Made by a program: the position numbers and the translations under genes. Below are positions 17,813 to 26,148 of a stretch of 64,000 nucleotides of DNA, one piece after another. The DNA comes from an uncultured Candidatus Saccharibacteria bacterium (GTDB lineage Bacteria; Patescibacteriota; Minisyncoccia; Phycocordibacterales; CSBR16-119). The stretch spans positions 584-64,583 of the forward strand of contig CAZZCB010000002.1 of NCBI GenBank assembly GCA_964652835.1. Reading direction: 5' to 3'. Under the pieces are notes generated by a model. That model worked only from the letters and a program-made list of their open reading frames with translations, was not told the DNA's origin and did no database searches. Position 1 is the first letter of the stretch; each line of letters starts with the position of its first letter.

Positions 17813-20806
17813 ATGAAGAAATTCAAGAAAAATATCTCAAAGACAATTTTCGCTTCATTCTTTGTTTTACAGTTTGTGGTATCGACAGCGTTCATGCCAC
17901 TTGCTGCTAACGCACAAGAAGTAGCGGCTGAAGAATCTTCGAAAGAAGAAGTCTCAGAGGCTCAAAAAGAGGAAGCGCCAGAGGTGACAGAAGAAGTTGT
18001 CTCAGACGTTAAAGAAGAAATTTTAATAGAAGACATAAAAGACTTAGAAGAGGTTGTCTCTGTCGAATCAACTACAGTTTCAGAAGAAATTGTCCTTGAT
18101 GAATCAGCGGCGCCTGTAAAAGAAACTGAAAGCCCTGTTTTCCAAACAGTAGGTGCTCTAGCTTCTGTAAAAGTTTGTAAGGTGATAATCGACTCAGAAG
18201 GAAATATCGTTTCTGACTGGTCAGCTTATCCTGGAGCAACTTTTTCTACAAATCTTAATTTTCAAGGGGCTCAGTACTCTTTTGAATTTTCAACATCTGG
18301 AGAAATAAATTACGCAGACGGGTATGCTTTCGCTGCTGTTTGTGATACCCAGGAATTTGCAATTGATACTTCAGTAGAAGGTCTTAAGTTTGTTAAATAT
18401 ACAGAAGAAGACCCTGCTGGACCATACTCTTGGGTAAGAAATTACTTCGAGGGTGACGCTCAAGGTGAAACTGGATTGTATAACAATCTTGGTGGGGCAA
18501 TGTTTGCGCCGTTCACATCAGAAGATACTGCTTATGACGGTCAATTCGAATTAAACGGAAATGATAGTGGTTTTGATACTACAACTCTTTTCCTTGTTAA
18601 CGAAGAAATAAAAACCGTTAACCCATCTTGTGATAAAGATTTAAATCTTATTACAAACGGAGGATTTGAAAATCCAAACGTTGGTGGAAACTGGAATATT
18701 TTCCAAGACGGAACATCTGGTCTTGGTTGGATGGTTGCTTGGGAAGGTTCTGCAGGAAATAATTCTGTAGCCAATCTTGAAATCCACGGAGGCGTGGCCG
18801 GATGGGAAGCTTCAGAAGGAAATCAATATGCAGAGCTTGACTCTGACTTTGATGGACCAACTGGCTCAATTCAAAATGAATCAGCATCAACTAGAATTTC
18901 ACAAGTATTAAACACTGTCCCTGGACAAACTTATGAAATATCTTTTGACTTTGCTGCTCGTCCTGGAACTGATTATGCTGACAATCGACTCGGACTATAT
19001 CTTGACGACGTTGCTTGGGATACAAGCTTTACGAGAACAAACGTTGACGGTACACAACCAAACTGGGTTACAATAACAAGAACTTTTACTGCTGTTAAAT
19101 CAACAACAATAATTTCTTTTGCTGACCTAGGTACTCCAGACTCTTTCGGAACTTTACTTGATAACGTTTCTGTAAAATGTATCGATGGAGGTCCAGTGGA
19201 TATAAATATTCCACCAAAAATAGTTGTTAACCCACTTGAAGTTTGTTTACCTCTAACTGCTACAACTTATGACTTCCTGGCAGGAGTTACAGGTGAAGAT
19301 GCAGAAGACGGAACAATTACTTTAACAGAGGCAAATTACACTCACAATATTATTTTTGGAACAGCTGGTACTTATACTATTAACTACACTGTAACTGATA
19401 GCGACGGCGCTACTGCGACTGACTCTCGAACAGTTTTTGTAAAAGAAAATTGCGGAGGTGAGCCAGAAGAATGTCCAGCAATCATTAGAGTTAGTGAAAA
19501 TGGAAGAGAAGGAATGGTAGAAGTTTCAAGACTTAACCCAAGATGGGTAAACTCAATCCCAGGAAGCTCTGCAGAATGGGTATGGAACAATGCTGCTATC
19601 CCAGTTTTCCCTGATCGACAAAACGGAGGAACATTCACAGTTACTGAAACATTTAATATTGTTGGTAACCCAGAAGCTTCTGAAATAAAGATCGCTGCTG
19701 ATAACGTGTACTCTGTGGTTGTAAACGGTAACACTGTTTACGGTAACCCAGCGCTAACACCAGCAGATATTGAAAACATTACATCTCCAGAGTCTCGATT
19801 CGGAGTTGTATACTCACACGCAATTCCAGCTAATTTACTAAACACTGGATCAAACACAATCGTAATACGAGCTGTTAATCAAGAGTGGCCACTAGTTCTA
19901 ACATCAGCAAATGTAGACACTAACCCAGCAGGATTAATGTATGCACTTACAGTAAACGAAGATTGTGATGACGGCGATGGTGGTGATGGAGGAGGAAGTG
20001 ACGATTTAACAGTCGTTGTTTCAGACTCTTGTGTTGAAAGAGGAACAGAAAACTTTGACTTTTTGTCAGGCATAACTGTTACTCACACACTTCTAAATGG
20101 TAATGTAACTCTTGTAGAAGGTGATAACGTAACAATTACAGAATCTGTTGACTTCAATGTAAACGGAAACTACACAGTAACTTACTCATTCAATATTCTA
20201 GGAGAACAAGTTTCAGAAGACCGAATAATCTCAATACAAGATGATTGTGGTAACGGTGGAGGCGGAGGAAATGGTGGAGGAGGTTCTTCTTCATCAGGTT
20301 CTCGAAGAAATTCTGACGGTGAAGTATTAGGTGCTACAAGTTGTGTTGCATTTACTACATACAACCGATCAGGAAACACAGGAGGAGAAATTAAAGCCCT
20401 ACAAACATTCCTAAACCTATACATGAACGCAGGATTAACAGTTGATGGAGTTTATGGAGCAACAACAGTACAAGCTGTTCACGATTTCCAAGCTTTCCAC
20501 TGGAAAGAAGTTATCGATCCATGGACACCACCACTTTCTCCTAACACTACAGGATGGCAATACAAGACAACAAGAATGACTATAAACGCTATTATTGATT
20601 GTCCAGAAGCCCCAGTATACCTAGAAGATCCAGGCGTGATGTACCAAGTACTAGAAGTAACAGACCAAAAAGAACTAACAACAGGCGAACTTGAAACAAT
20701 CTACAATTTACTAGCAGAGGCTCAGTCAGGAAATGTTCTTGGCGCTTCATCAGTAAATAGTATTGATTACTCAAATCCAAATTTTGACCTAATGTTCGGA
20801 AAATAA
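17813..20806 (+). CDS. Large secreted surface protein: acidic N-terminal region, a DUF642-like jelly-roll domain, Ig-like domains, and the C-terminal peptidoglycan-binding-like module. Paralog of 24159..26051.
   Basis: Signal peptide MKKFKKNISKTIFASFFVLQFVVSTAFMPLAANA. 'NGGFENP...GW...LEIHGG..GWEA.EG.QYAELDSD'. 'GGGGSSSSGSRRN' then 'GEIKALQTFLN...DGVYGATTVQAVHDFQ'. A strong terminator lies at 20860-20899. Confidence 0.8.
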   Translation: MKKFKKNISKTIFASFFVLQFVVSTAFMPLAANAQEVAAEESSKEEVSEAQKEEAPEVTEEVVSDVKEEILIEDIKDLEEVVSVESTTVSEEIVLDESAAPVKETESPVFQTVGALASVKVCKVIIDSEGNIVSDWSAYPGATFSTNLNFQGAQYSFEFSTSGEINYADGYAFAAVCDTQEFAIDTSVEGLKFVKYTEEDPAGPYSWVRNYFEGDAQGETGLYNNLGGAMFAPFTSEDTAYDGQFELNGNDSGFDTTTLFLVNEEIKTVNPSCDKDLNLITNGGFENPNVGGNWNIFQDGTSGLGWMVAWEGSAGNNSVANLEIHGGVAGWEASEGNQYAELDSDFDGPTGSIQNESASTRISQVLNTVPGQTYEISFDFAARPGTDYADNRLGLYLDDVAWDTSFTRTNVDGTQPNWVTITRTFTAVKSTTIISFADLGTPDSFGTLLDNVSVKCIDGGPVDINIPPKIVVNPLEVCLPLTATTYDFLAGVTGEDAEDGTITLTEANYTHNIIFGTAGTYTINYTVTDSDGATATDSRTVFVKENCGGEPEECPAIIRVSENGREGMVEVSRLNPRWVNSIPGSSAEWVWNNAAIPVFPDRQNGGTFTVTETFNIVGNPEASEIKIAADNVYSVVVNGNTVYGNPALTPADIENITSPESRFGVVYSHAIPANLLNTGSNTIVIRAVNQEWPLVLTSANVDTNPAGLMYALTVNEDCDDGDGGDGGGSDDLTVVVSDSCVERGTENFDFLSGITVTHTLLNGNVTLVEGDNVTITESVDFNVNGNYTVTYSFNILGEQVSEDRIISIQDDCGNGGGGGNGGGGSSSSGSRRNSDGEVLGATSCVAFTTYNRSGNTGGEIKALQTFLNLYMNAGLTVDGVYGATTVQAVHDFQAFHWKEVIDPWTPPLSPNTTGWQYKTTRMTINAIIDCPEAPVYLEDPGVMYQVLEVTDQKELTTGELETIYNLLAEAQSGNVLGASSVNSIDYSNPNFDLMFGK

Positions 20807-20955
20807 AACTAAACAAACAGAAGTAAGATTTGTTCTTGATGTAAAATGTACTTTATACAAAAGACCCGCCGGCGCTTGCGCCGGCGGGTCTTTTGTTTTC
20901 CACAAACTTTTAAAATATTTTTATTTTTTAATTGCTATAATATAAACAGATATTT

Positions 20956-21453
20956 ATGAAAAATAAAAGTTTTTCAAAAACCAAATTTAACATTGCTTGG
21001 GCTTCTATCGTCACTATCTTTATTGGCGCTGTTGTTTATGTACCAGCGCTCAAGTTTTCTCAAAAAGAAAAAGAAGTTGTTTACTATAGAGTTCCTGTTT
21101 TTGTTAACATGACGCCTTCTACTGAAAATGGAGGTCAGCCTACAAATTCAGAGTCAGAAAAAGAAGAACCTTTAATAAAAGTATCTAATTCTCGTATCAC
21201 TAAAGATTTAAAATTAGGTGACGTTGACGAAGAAGTTAAGCTCCTACAAGAGTATCTTAATGGTAGAGGATTTCTTGTTGCAGAGTCTGGACCTGGCTCA
21301 CCAGGTCAAGAGACGACAAGGTTCGGCGCCGGAACTCGCGACGCCCTGATAAAGTTCCAAGAAGCAAATGCGGAGCTTATCCTAAAACCTTTTGGTCTAA
21401 AAGAGGGAACAGGAGTGGTGGGTAAAATGACAAGAGATTTAATTAACTCATAA
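20956..21453 (+). CDS. Small membrane-anchored protein with a peptidoglycan-binding-like C-terminal module.
   Basis: N-terminal TM (IAWASIVTIFIGAVVYV). C-terminal 'VKLLQEYLNGRGFLVAESGPGSPGQETTRFGAGTRDALIKFQ' is nearly the same module as the 15666 gene's C-terminus. Confidence 0.6.
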   Translation: MKNKSFSKTKFNIAWASIVTIFIGAVVYVPALKFSQKEKEVVYYRVPVFVNMTPSTENGGQPTNSESEKEEPLIKVSNSRITKDLKLGDVDEEVKLLQEYLNGRGFLVAESGPGSPGQETTRFGAGTRDALIKFQEANAELILKPFGLKEGTGVVGKMTRDLINS

Positions 21454-21456
21454 TAT

Positions 21457-22824
21457 ATGAAAAAAATATTTACAGTGTTCTTACTAGCAGTGATTTATTT
21501 CGCTCCTTTTTCTGCTCGTGCAGAAAGCATTCCCCCTTCAGCTCCGCTTAATTTAGAGATTACAAACCTCGGAGATTTAACAGTCATGCTTTCTTGGGAT
21601 CCGCCGGCATCAGAAGGTGATTCACCAGTGGGTGGGTACATTATTTACTATGTAGAAAGGGTTTACGGTGATACTTTTATGATAGAGGGTCCAGTTACAA
21701 CTTTCACTACGGGAAAATTAAAGGCTGGAGCTTCTTATGACTTCTGGGTTGTTGCATATAACGCCTATGGGGAAGGTGACATATCAGAGAGAGTTAAAGT
21801 CGTGCCCACAGAAGACGTTACTGGGCCTGTTATAACAGTAGCTCCACAAGTTTCTTCTGTAACAGACAAAACTGCAAATATATATTGGGAAACAGACGAA
21901 TATGCTTCTACATATTTAAATTTTGATGTCCATGGAAATGGTCCACACAACTCAATAAATATTAAAGGTCTAAGTCTTACTCACGATGTTTCCTTAAGTG
22001 GTCTTTTGCCTTGTACTACTTATTTTTACAACGTTACGAGTTCTGATGCCGCTTCAAATACCGTAAGGTCGGATGTAAGTTCGTTCAAGACTAACGGATG
22101 CCTCGGCGCTATTTTAGATGAAATAGAAAGTAGTCTCGGTCTTCCAGTCGATTCGCTGTCTGTAAATTTTGAAAGAAGTGGTGTTGAGGTTTCTCTTCTT
22201 CCAGATTCTTTTGATCTAGAATCTATTTTCCAAATTAAAAAATTAAGCATAGCCGATGTCGATGCAAACGTCGGATGTCCAGCCGGAAACAAACCTATCG
22301 GAGGTCGGATCTACGATATAAAACTTCTAGAAGAATATGACAGACAAGCATCTCTTAAAAAACCAGCGACGGTAACAATGTCTTACGACCACTCAGAACT
22401 CTCTGGTGTTGATGAATCTTTGATCTCAATGTTCCACTACACAGACGAGTCAGGATGGGTAAAGCTTAACTCTTGTACCTTGGACAATGAAAGAGATGAG
22501 ATAACTTGTGAGACAGAGAGCTTTTCAAAATTTATGATTTCTTTTGGTGAAGAATATAAATGCAAGCCTCTTATGAAAAATCTTTCATTTGGAAGCTATC
22601 ATGTAGATGTATTTTCTCTTCAGGAATTTTTAAATAAAAATGGTTTTATGGATTCTTTTAAAGATTCTACTTTTAAGGGGGTAGAAGAGAAGAGGTTATT
22701 CGATGGAAAAACCGCCAAGGCTCTCCGCAGTTTCCAGGAAGCCTCTGGGATAAATGGAATAGAAAAAACACTCAGATTTCTGGGTCCAAAAACAAGAGAT
22801 TTTATAAATAACCAAAATAAATAG
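21457..22824 (+). CDS. Secreted FN3 / purple-acid-phosphatase-N-like repeat protein with a peptidoglycan-binding-like C-terminus.
   Basis: Signal peptide. 'LTVMLSWDPPASEGDSPVGGYIIYY' (FN3), 'ANIYWETDEYASTYLNFDVHG' (PAP-N-like). C-terminal 'LQEFLNKNGF...GKTAKALRSFQ'. Confidence 0.7.
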   Translation: MKKIFTVFLLAVIYFAPFSARAESIPPSAPLNLEITNLGDLTVMLSWDPPASEGDSPVGGYIIYYVERVYGDTFMIEGPVTTFTTGKLKAGASYDFWVVAYNAYGEGDISERVKVVPTEDVTGPVITVAPQVSSVTDKTANIYWETDEYASTYLNFDVHGNGPHNSINIKGLSLTHDVSLSGLLPCTTYFYNVTSSDAASNTVRSDVSSFKTNGCLGAILDEIESSLGLPVDSLSVNFERSGVEVSLLPDSFDLESIFQIKKLSIADVDANVGCPAGNKPIGGRIYDIKLLEEYDRQASLKKPATVTMSYDHSELSGVDESLISMFHYTDESGWVKLNSCTLDNERDEITCETESFSKFMISFGEEYKCKPLMKNLSFGSYHVDVFSLQEFLNKNGFMDSFKDSTFKGVEEKRLFDGKTAKALRSFQEASGINGIEKTLRFLGPKTRDFINNQNK

Positions 22825-22904
22825 TTAAATATCAAAAATATTGGTAAAATTAGTCTAGTGAACTAGGTACTTGATTTTTATTTTATTTATGTTATAATAT
22901 AGAG

Positions 22905-24044
22905 ATGAAAAAAAGCTTTAAAAAATACTTTATCCCAAACCAAGAAAACGACCATAAACCTCACTTTCTAAGAGAAAGGTCTGTTCTTGTTATTTTGGCT
23001 ATTGCCTCAATACTTTTATTCGCCTCAGTCATCGGTACTTACGTTGTTAAAAACTCAAAATTCTTAGCTGCTATACAATCAGCCTTTTTGGTTGATCTTG
23101 CAAACGAAGACAGGGCAGAGCAAGGTGCTGGCAAGCTTGTTATGAACGACGAACTTGTCTTAGCTGCTCAGTTAAAAGCAAATGATATGGCACAAAAAAG
23201 TTACTTTGCCCACACGAGCCCTGAAGGCTTAACTCCTTGGCATTGGTTCGGACAAGCTGGCTACGACTATATCTACGCTGGAGAAAACTTGGCTGTTAAC
23301 TTCAATAGATCTGAAGATGTTCAAAGAGCGTGGATGAATTCACCTCTACACCGAGCAAACATTTTGAATAATAGATATAAAGAAATCGGTATCGCTACTG
23401 CAGAAGGTATGTATAAGGGTGAAAAGACAACCTTCGTTGTTCAGATGTTCGGAACGCCGACTACTACAAATCTTAATACTACTCCCGCCCCTCAAACAGC
23501 GTCAGTAAATGATATTCCCGACGCAGAGGAGCCAGCAGAGCTCGTCGCTTCTGTTGATTTAAATCCAGAGGTGGAAGGAGAATCTATTGTAAAACCTGAA
23601 GTTAAAAAAGAAGCCCCGGTAGAATCTACGCCAGAGCCTTCTGTAAAAACTCAAACAAAAGTTGCGCAGATAGAAAAACCAACTCAGGCCGAAACTAAAA
23701 CAGAAGTTTCTACAGAGGTGTCTGGTCCTGAAAACATTTTCACTGAGACAACAAACCCTCTATACGAAGGTCAGAATGTCGCCGGAGCGGAAGACCCTCA
23801 AACTGAAGTAACTTATACAAATTGGTTTGAAAGATTTTTAGTGAATCCTGGAGATGCGGTAAACAAAGCTTATGTAATACTCTTCGTAATAATCCTATTT
23901 TCTATAATTCTGAAGATATTTATCGCGATAAATAAGCAACATCCAAAAAATATTGCTTACGGAGTATTGCTCCTAATCCTGGTTCTGATATTTATGTATA
24001 TCAACCAAGAGATATTCATACAGCCAGTAGTGGCATCAGTCTAA
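22905..24044 (+). CDS. CAP/SCP/PR-1 (YkwD-like) domain protein with an N-terminal TM, a Thr/Pro/Glu-rich linker and a C-terminal TM.
   Basis: 'LAAQLKANDMAQKSYFAHTSPEGLTPWHWFGQAGYDYIYAGENLAVNFNRSEDVQRAWMNSPLHRANIL' matches the CAP-domain consensus (GENIA...WMNSPGHRANIL). Confidence 0.75.
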   Translation: MKKSFKKYFIPNQENDHKPHFLRERSVLVILAIASILLFASVIGTYVVKNSKFLAAIQSAFLVDLANEDRAEQGAGKLVMNDELVLAAQLKANDMAQKSYFAHTSPEGLTPWHWFGQAGYDYIYAGENLAVNFNRSEDVQRAWMNSPLHRANILNNRYKEIGIATAEGMYKGEKTTFVVQMFGTPTTTNLNTTPAPQTASVNDIPDAEEPAELVASVDLNPEVEGESIVKPEVKKEAPVESTPEPSVKTQTKVAQIEKPTQAETKTEVSTEVSGPENIFTETTNPLYEGQNVAGAEDPQTEVTYTNWFERFLVNPGDAVNKAYVILFVIILFSIILKIFIAINKQHPKNIAYGVLLLILVLIFMYINQEIFIQPVVASV

Positions 24045-24158
24045 TAAAACAAAACAAAAAATACCGTATGTCAATACGGTATTTTTGTTGACAACATGAA
24101 AATATCAGAACATAATGATAAATAAGGAAGATTACTTTTAATAAAAGTTCTTAAGGGC

Positions 24159-26051
24159 ATGCAAATGTCATATTTATCATTTAATTTTATTAATATTATG
24201 AAAAGAAATATTTTAACTAAGGTTTTGAGTTTGTTTACTATATTTGCGATGACTTTTAACGTCGCTTTTGCAGCTAACGAAACTATTACTATTTGTCACG
24301 TTCCACCGGGAAATGAGGGAAATCCTCAAACTTTGAATATATCTATTAATGCTTGGGAAAACGCTCATGATTCTGGAACGGGCGAGCATTCAAACGATTA
24401 TGAAGGGCCATGTGATGGCGATGAAGAACCAGCACCCTTGGTTTGTGCGGAAAATCTAAGCATAGTAAATGGTGGTTTTGAAAACCCTTTAGTAGGGAAT
24501 GAATCAGGATGGCAACTTTTCCCAAACGGAACAGTTGATTTGGGCTGGACGGTTACTTGGGTTTCTCCAGATGGAAATGCTCCATCAGAGGCAAACCTAG
24601 AAATTCACGGCGGTGTTAATGGATGGGAAGCTTTAGAAGGAGGGCAATACGCAGAGCTTGGATCAGATTATGGAGACCCTGCAGGAGGATTAGCTGCGAC
24701 TAAAATTTCTCAAGAATTCGATACAATAGAAGGAGCCACTTATGAGATTGCTTACTCTTTTGCTGCAAGACCAAACACATCAGAAGATGAAAATATTTTA
24801 AAAGTTTACATAAATGGTGACGAAGTAGAGTCTCATGGGCCAGTTGCCGGAGGAGAATCTAATCTTTGGTCTACTTACTTTATTGAATTCGCAGCCACAG
24901 GAGACTCAACAGAAATTTCTTTTGAAGACGCGGGAACAGTAAATTCAGTCGGAACATTTCTAGATGATGTTTCTGTTATCTGTGTTTCTGATGCAGAAGT
25001 TCCAGAAGTATGTTTACCGATTGTTAGAATCAGTGAAAACGGAAGAGAAGGAATGGTAAAAGTTACAAAGGTTAACCCAAGATGGGTTCCTTCAATCGCC
25101 GGAACTAACGCTAAGTGGGTATGGAACAATGCATCAATACCAGTATTTCCAGACAGACAAGATGGTGGAGTGTTCACAGTTAATGAAACAATCAATATTG
25201 TAGGAAATCCACAAGACTCTGAAATCAAAATAGCTGCAGACAACGTATACTCTGTTGTTGTAAACGGTGACACTGTTTACGCTTACAGTGGTAACCCAGC
25301 TTTGACTCCAGGAGATATCGAAAATATTCCATCTACTGATTCTAAGTTTTCTGTTGTGCATGAACACACAATTCCAGCTAACTATTTAAACACAGGATTA
25401 AACACAATCAAGATAAGAGCTGTAAACCAAAAATGGACACCAGTTCTAACATCAGAAAGTACAGCTACAAACCCAGCAGGTTTAATGTATGCACTGACTA
25501 TTAATGAAGATTGTGATGGTGGGGGAGATCAAGAAAACGATGAACCAGCAGATGAACAACCAGAAGAAAATGACGAAAGTGAGCCAAACGATCCAGTTTC
25601 TGAAACTGAAGACGAATCTGTAAATATAGAAGAAGATAATAACCAAAATTCAGGAAGCTCTTCATCAGGCTCACGAGCCTCTGGAGGCGGAGCAGTTCTA
25701 GGAGCTTCTACAGAAGGAGAAGTTCTCGGAGCTTGTGTTCCTTTCGCTATGTATCACAAAAAAGGTGATGTTGGTGGGGAGGTTGCAAAAATCCAAGAAT
25801 TCTTAAATGAACAAATAAATGCAGGACTTACAGTTGACGGAGTTTATAACGAAGCAACTGAAAAAGCTGTTCACTCTTTCCAACAAAAATATTTCGAGCA
25901 AGTAATCTCACCTTGGGTTCCGTCATTTATGGCGAGAACAACAGGAAAGTGGTACAAGACAACTAGAATGATGGCAAACAAAATTATTGATTGTCCAGAA
26001 GCTCCAGTTTATCTTGAAGACCCAAAGATTATATACGAAGTTAAATGGTAA
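24159..26051 (+). CDS. Secreted surface protein with a DUF642-like jelly-roll domain, a conserved middle domain and a peptidoglycan-binding-like C-terminus. Paralog of 17813..20806.
   Basis: Signal anchor. 'NGGFENPLVGNESGWQLF...LEIHGGVNGWEALEGGQYAELGSD'. An about-170-aa block about 60% identical to the 17813 gene ('VRISENGREGMVKVTKVNPRWV...NPAGLMYALTINEDCD'). An acidic DE-rich linker, 'GSSSSGSRASGG', then 'EVAKIQEFLN...DGVYNEATEKAVHSFQ'. Confidence 0.8.
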   Translation: MQMSYLSFNFINIMKRNILTKVLSLFTIFAMTFNVAFAANETITICHVPPGNEGNPQTLNISINAWENAHDSGTGEHSNDYEGPCDGDEEPAPLVCAENLSIVNGGFENPLVGNESGWQLFPNGTVDLGWTVTWVSPDGNAPSEANLEIHGGVNGWEALEGGQYAELGSDYGDPAGGLAATKISQEFDTIEGATYEIAYSFAARPNTSEDENILKVYINGDEVESHGPVAGGESNLWSTYFIEFAATGDSTEISFEDAGTVNSVGTFLDDVSVICVSDAEVPEVCLPIVRISENGREGMVKVTKVNPRWVPSIAGTNAKWVWNNASIPVFPDRQDGGVFTVNETINIVGNPQDSEIKIAADNVYSVVVNGDTVYAYSGNPALTPGDIENIPSTDSKFSVVHEHTIPANYLNTGLNTIKIRAVNQKWTPVLTSESTATNPAGLMYALTINEDCDGGGDQENDEPADEQPEENDESEPNDPVSETEDESVNIEEDNNQNSGSSSSGSRASGGGAVLGASTEGEVLGACVPFAMYHKKGDVGGEVAKIQEFLNEQINAGLTVDGVYNEATEKAVHSFQQKYFEQVISPWVPSFMARTTGKWYKTTRMMANKIIDCPEAPVYLEDPKIIYEVKW

Positions 26052-26080
26052 AAACCTCAAAGTAACTAAAAAGTAATAGA

Positions 26081-26116
26081 AAAGCCCGGCGCGAAGCGCC
26101 GGGCTTTTCTATTTTG
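26081..26116 (+). terminator. Rho-independent terminator.
   Basis: AAAGCCCGGCGC-gaa-GCGCCGGGCTTTTCTATTTTG. Confidence 0.75.
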
Positions 26117-26148
26117 AAAACACCTCATTTTGCGGTATTATTTACCGT

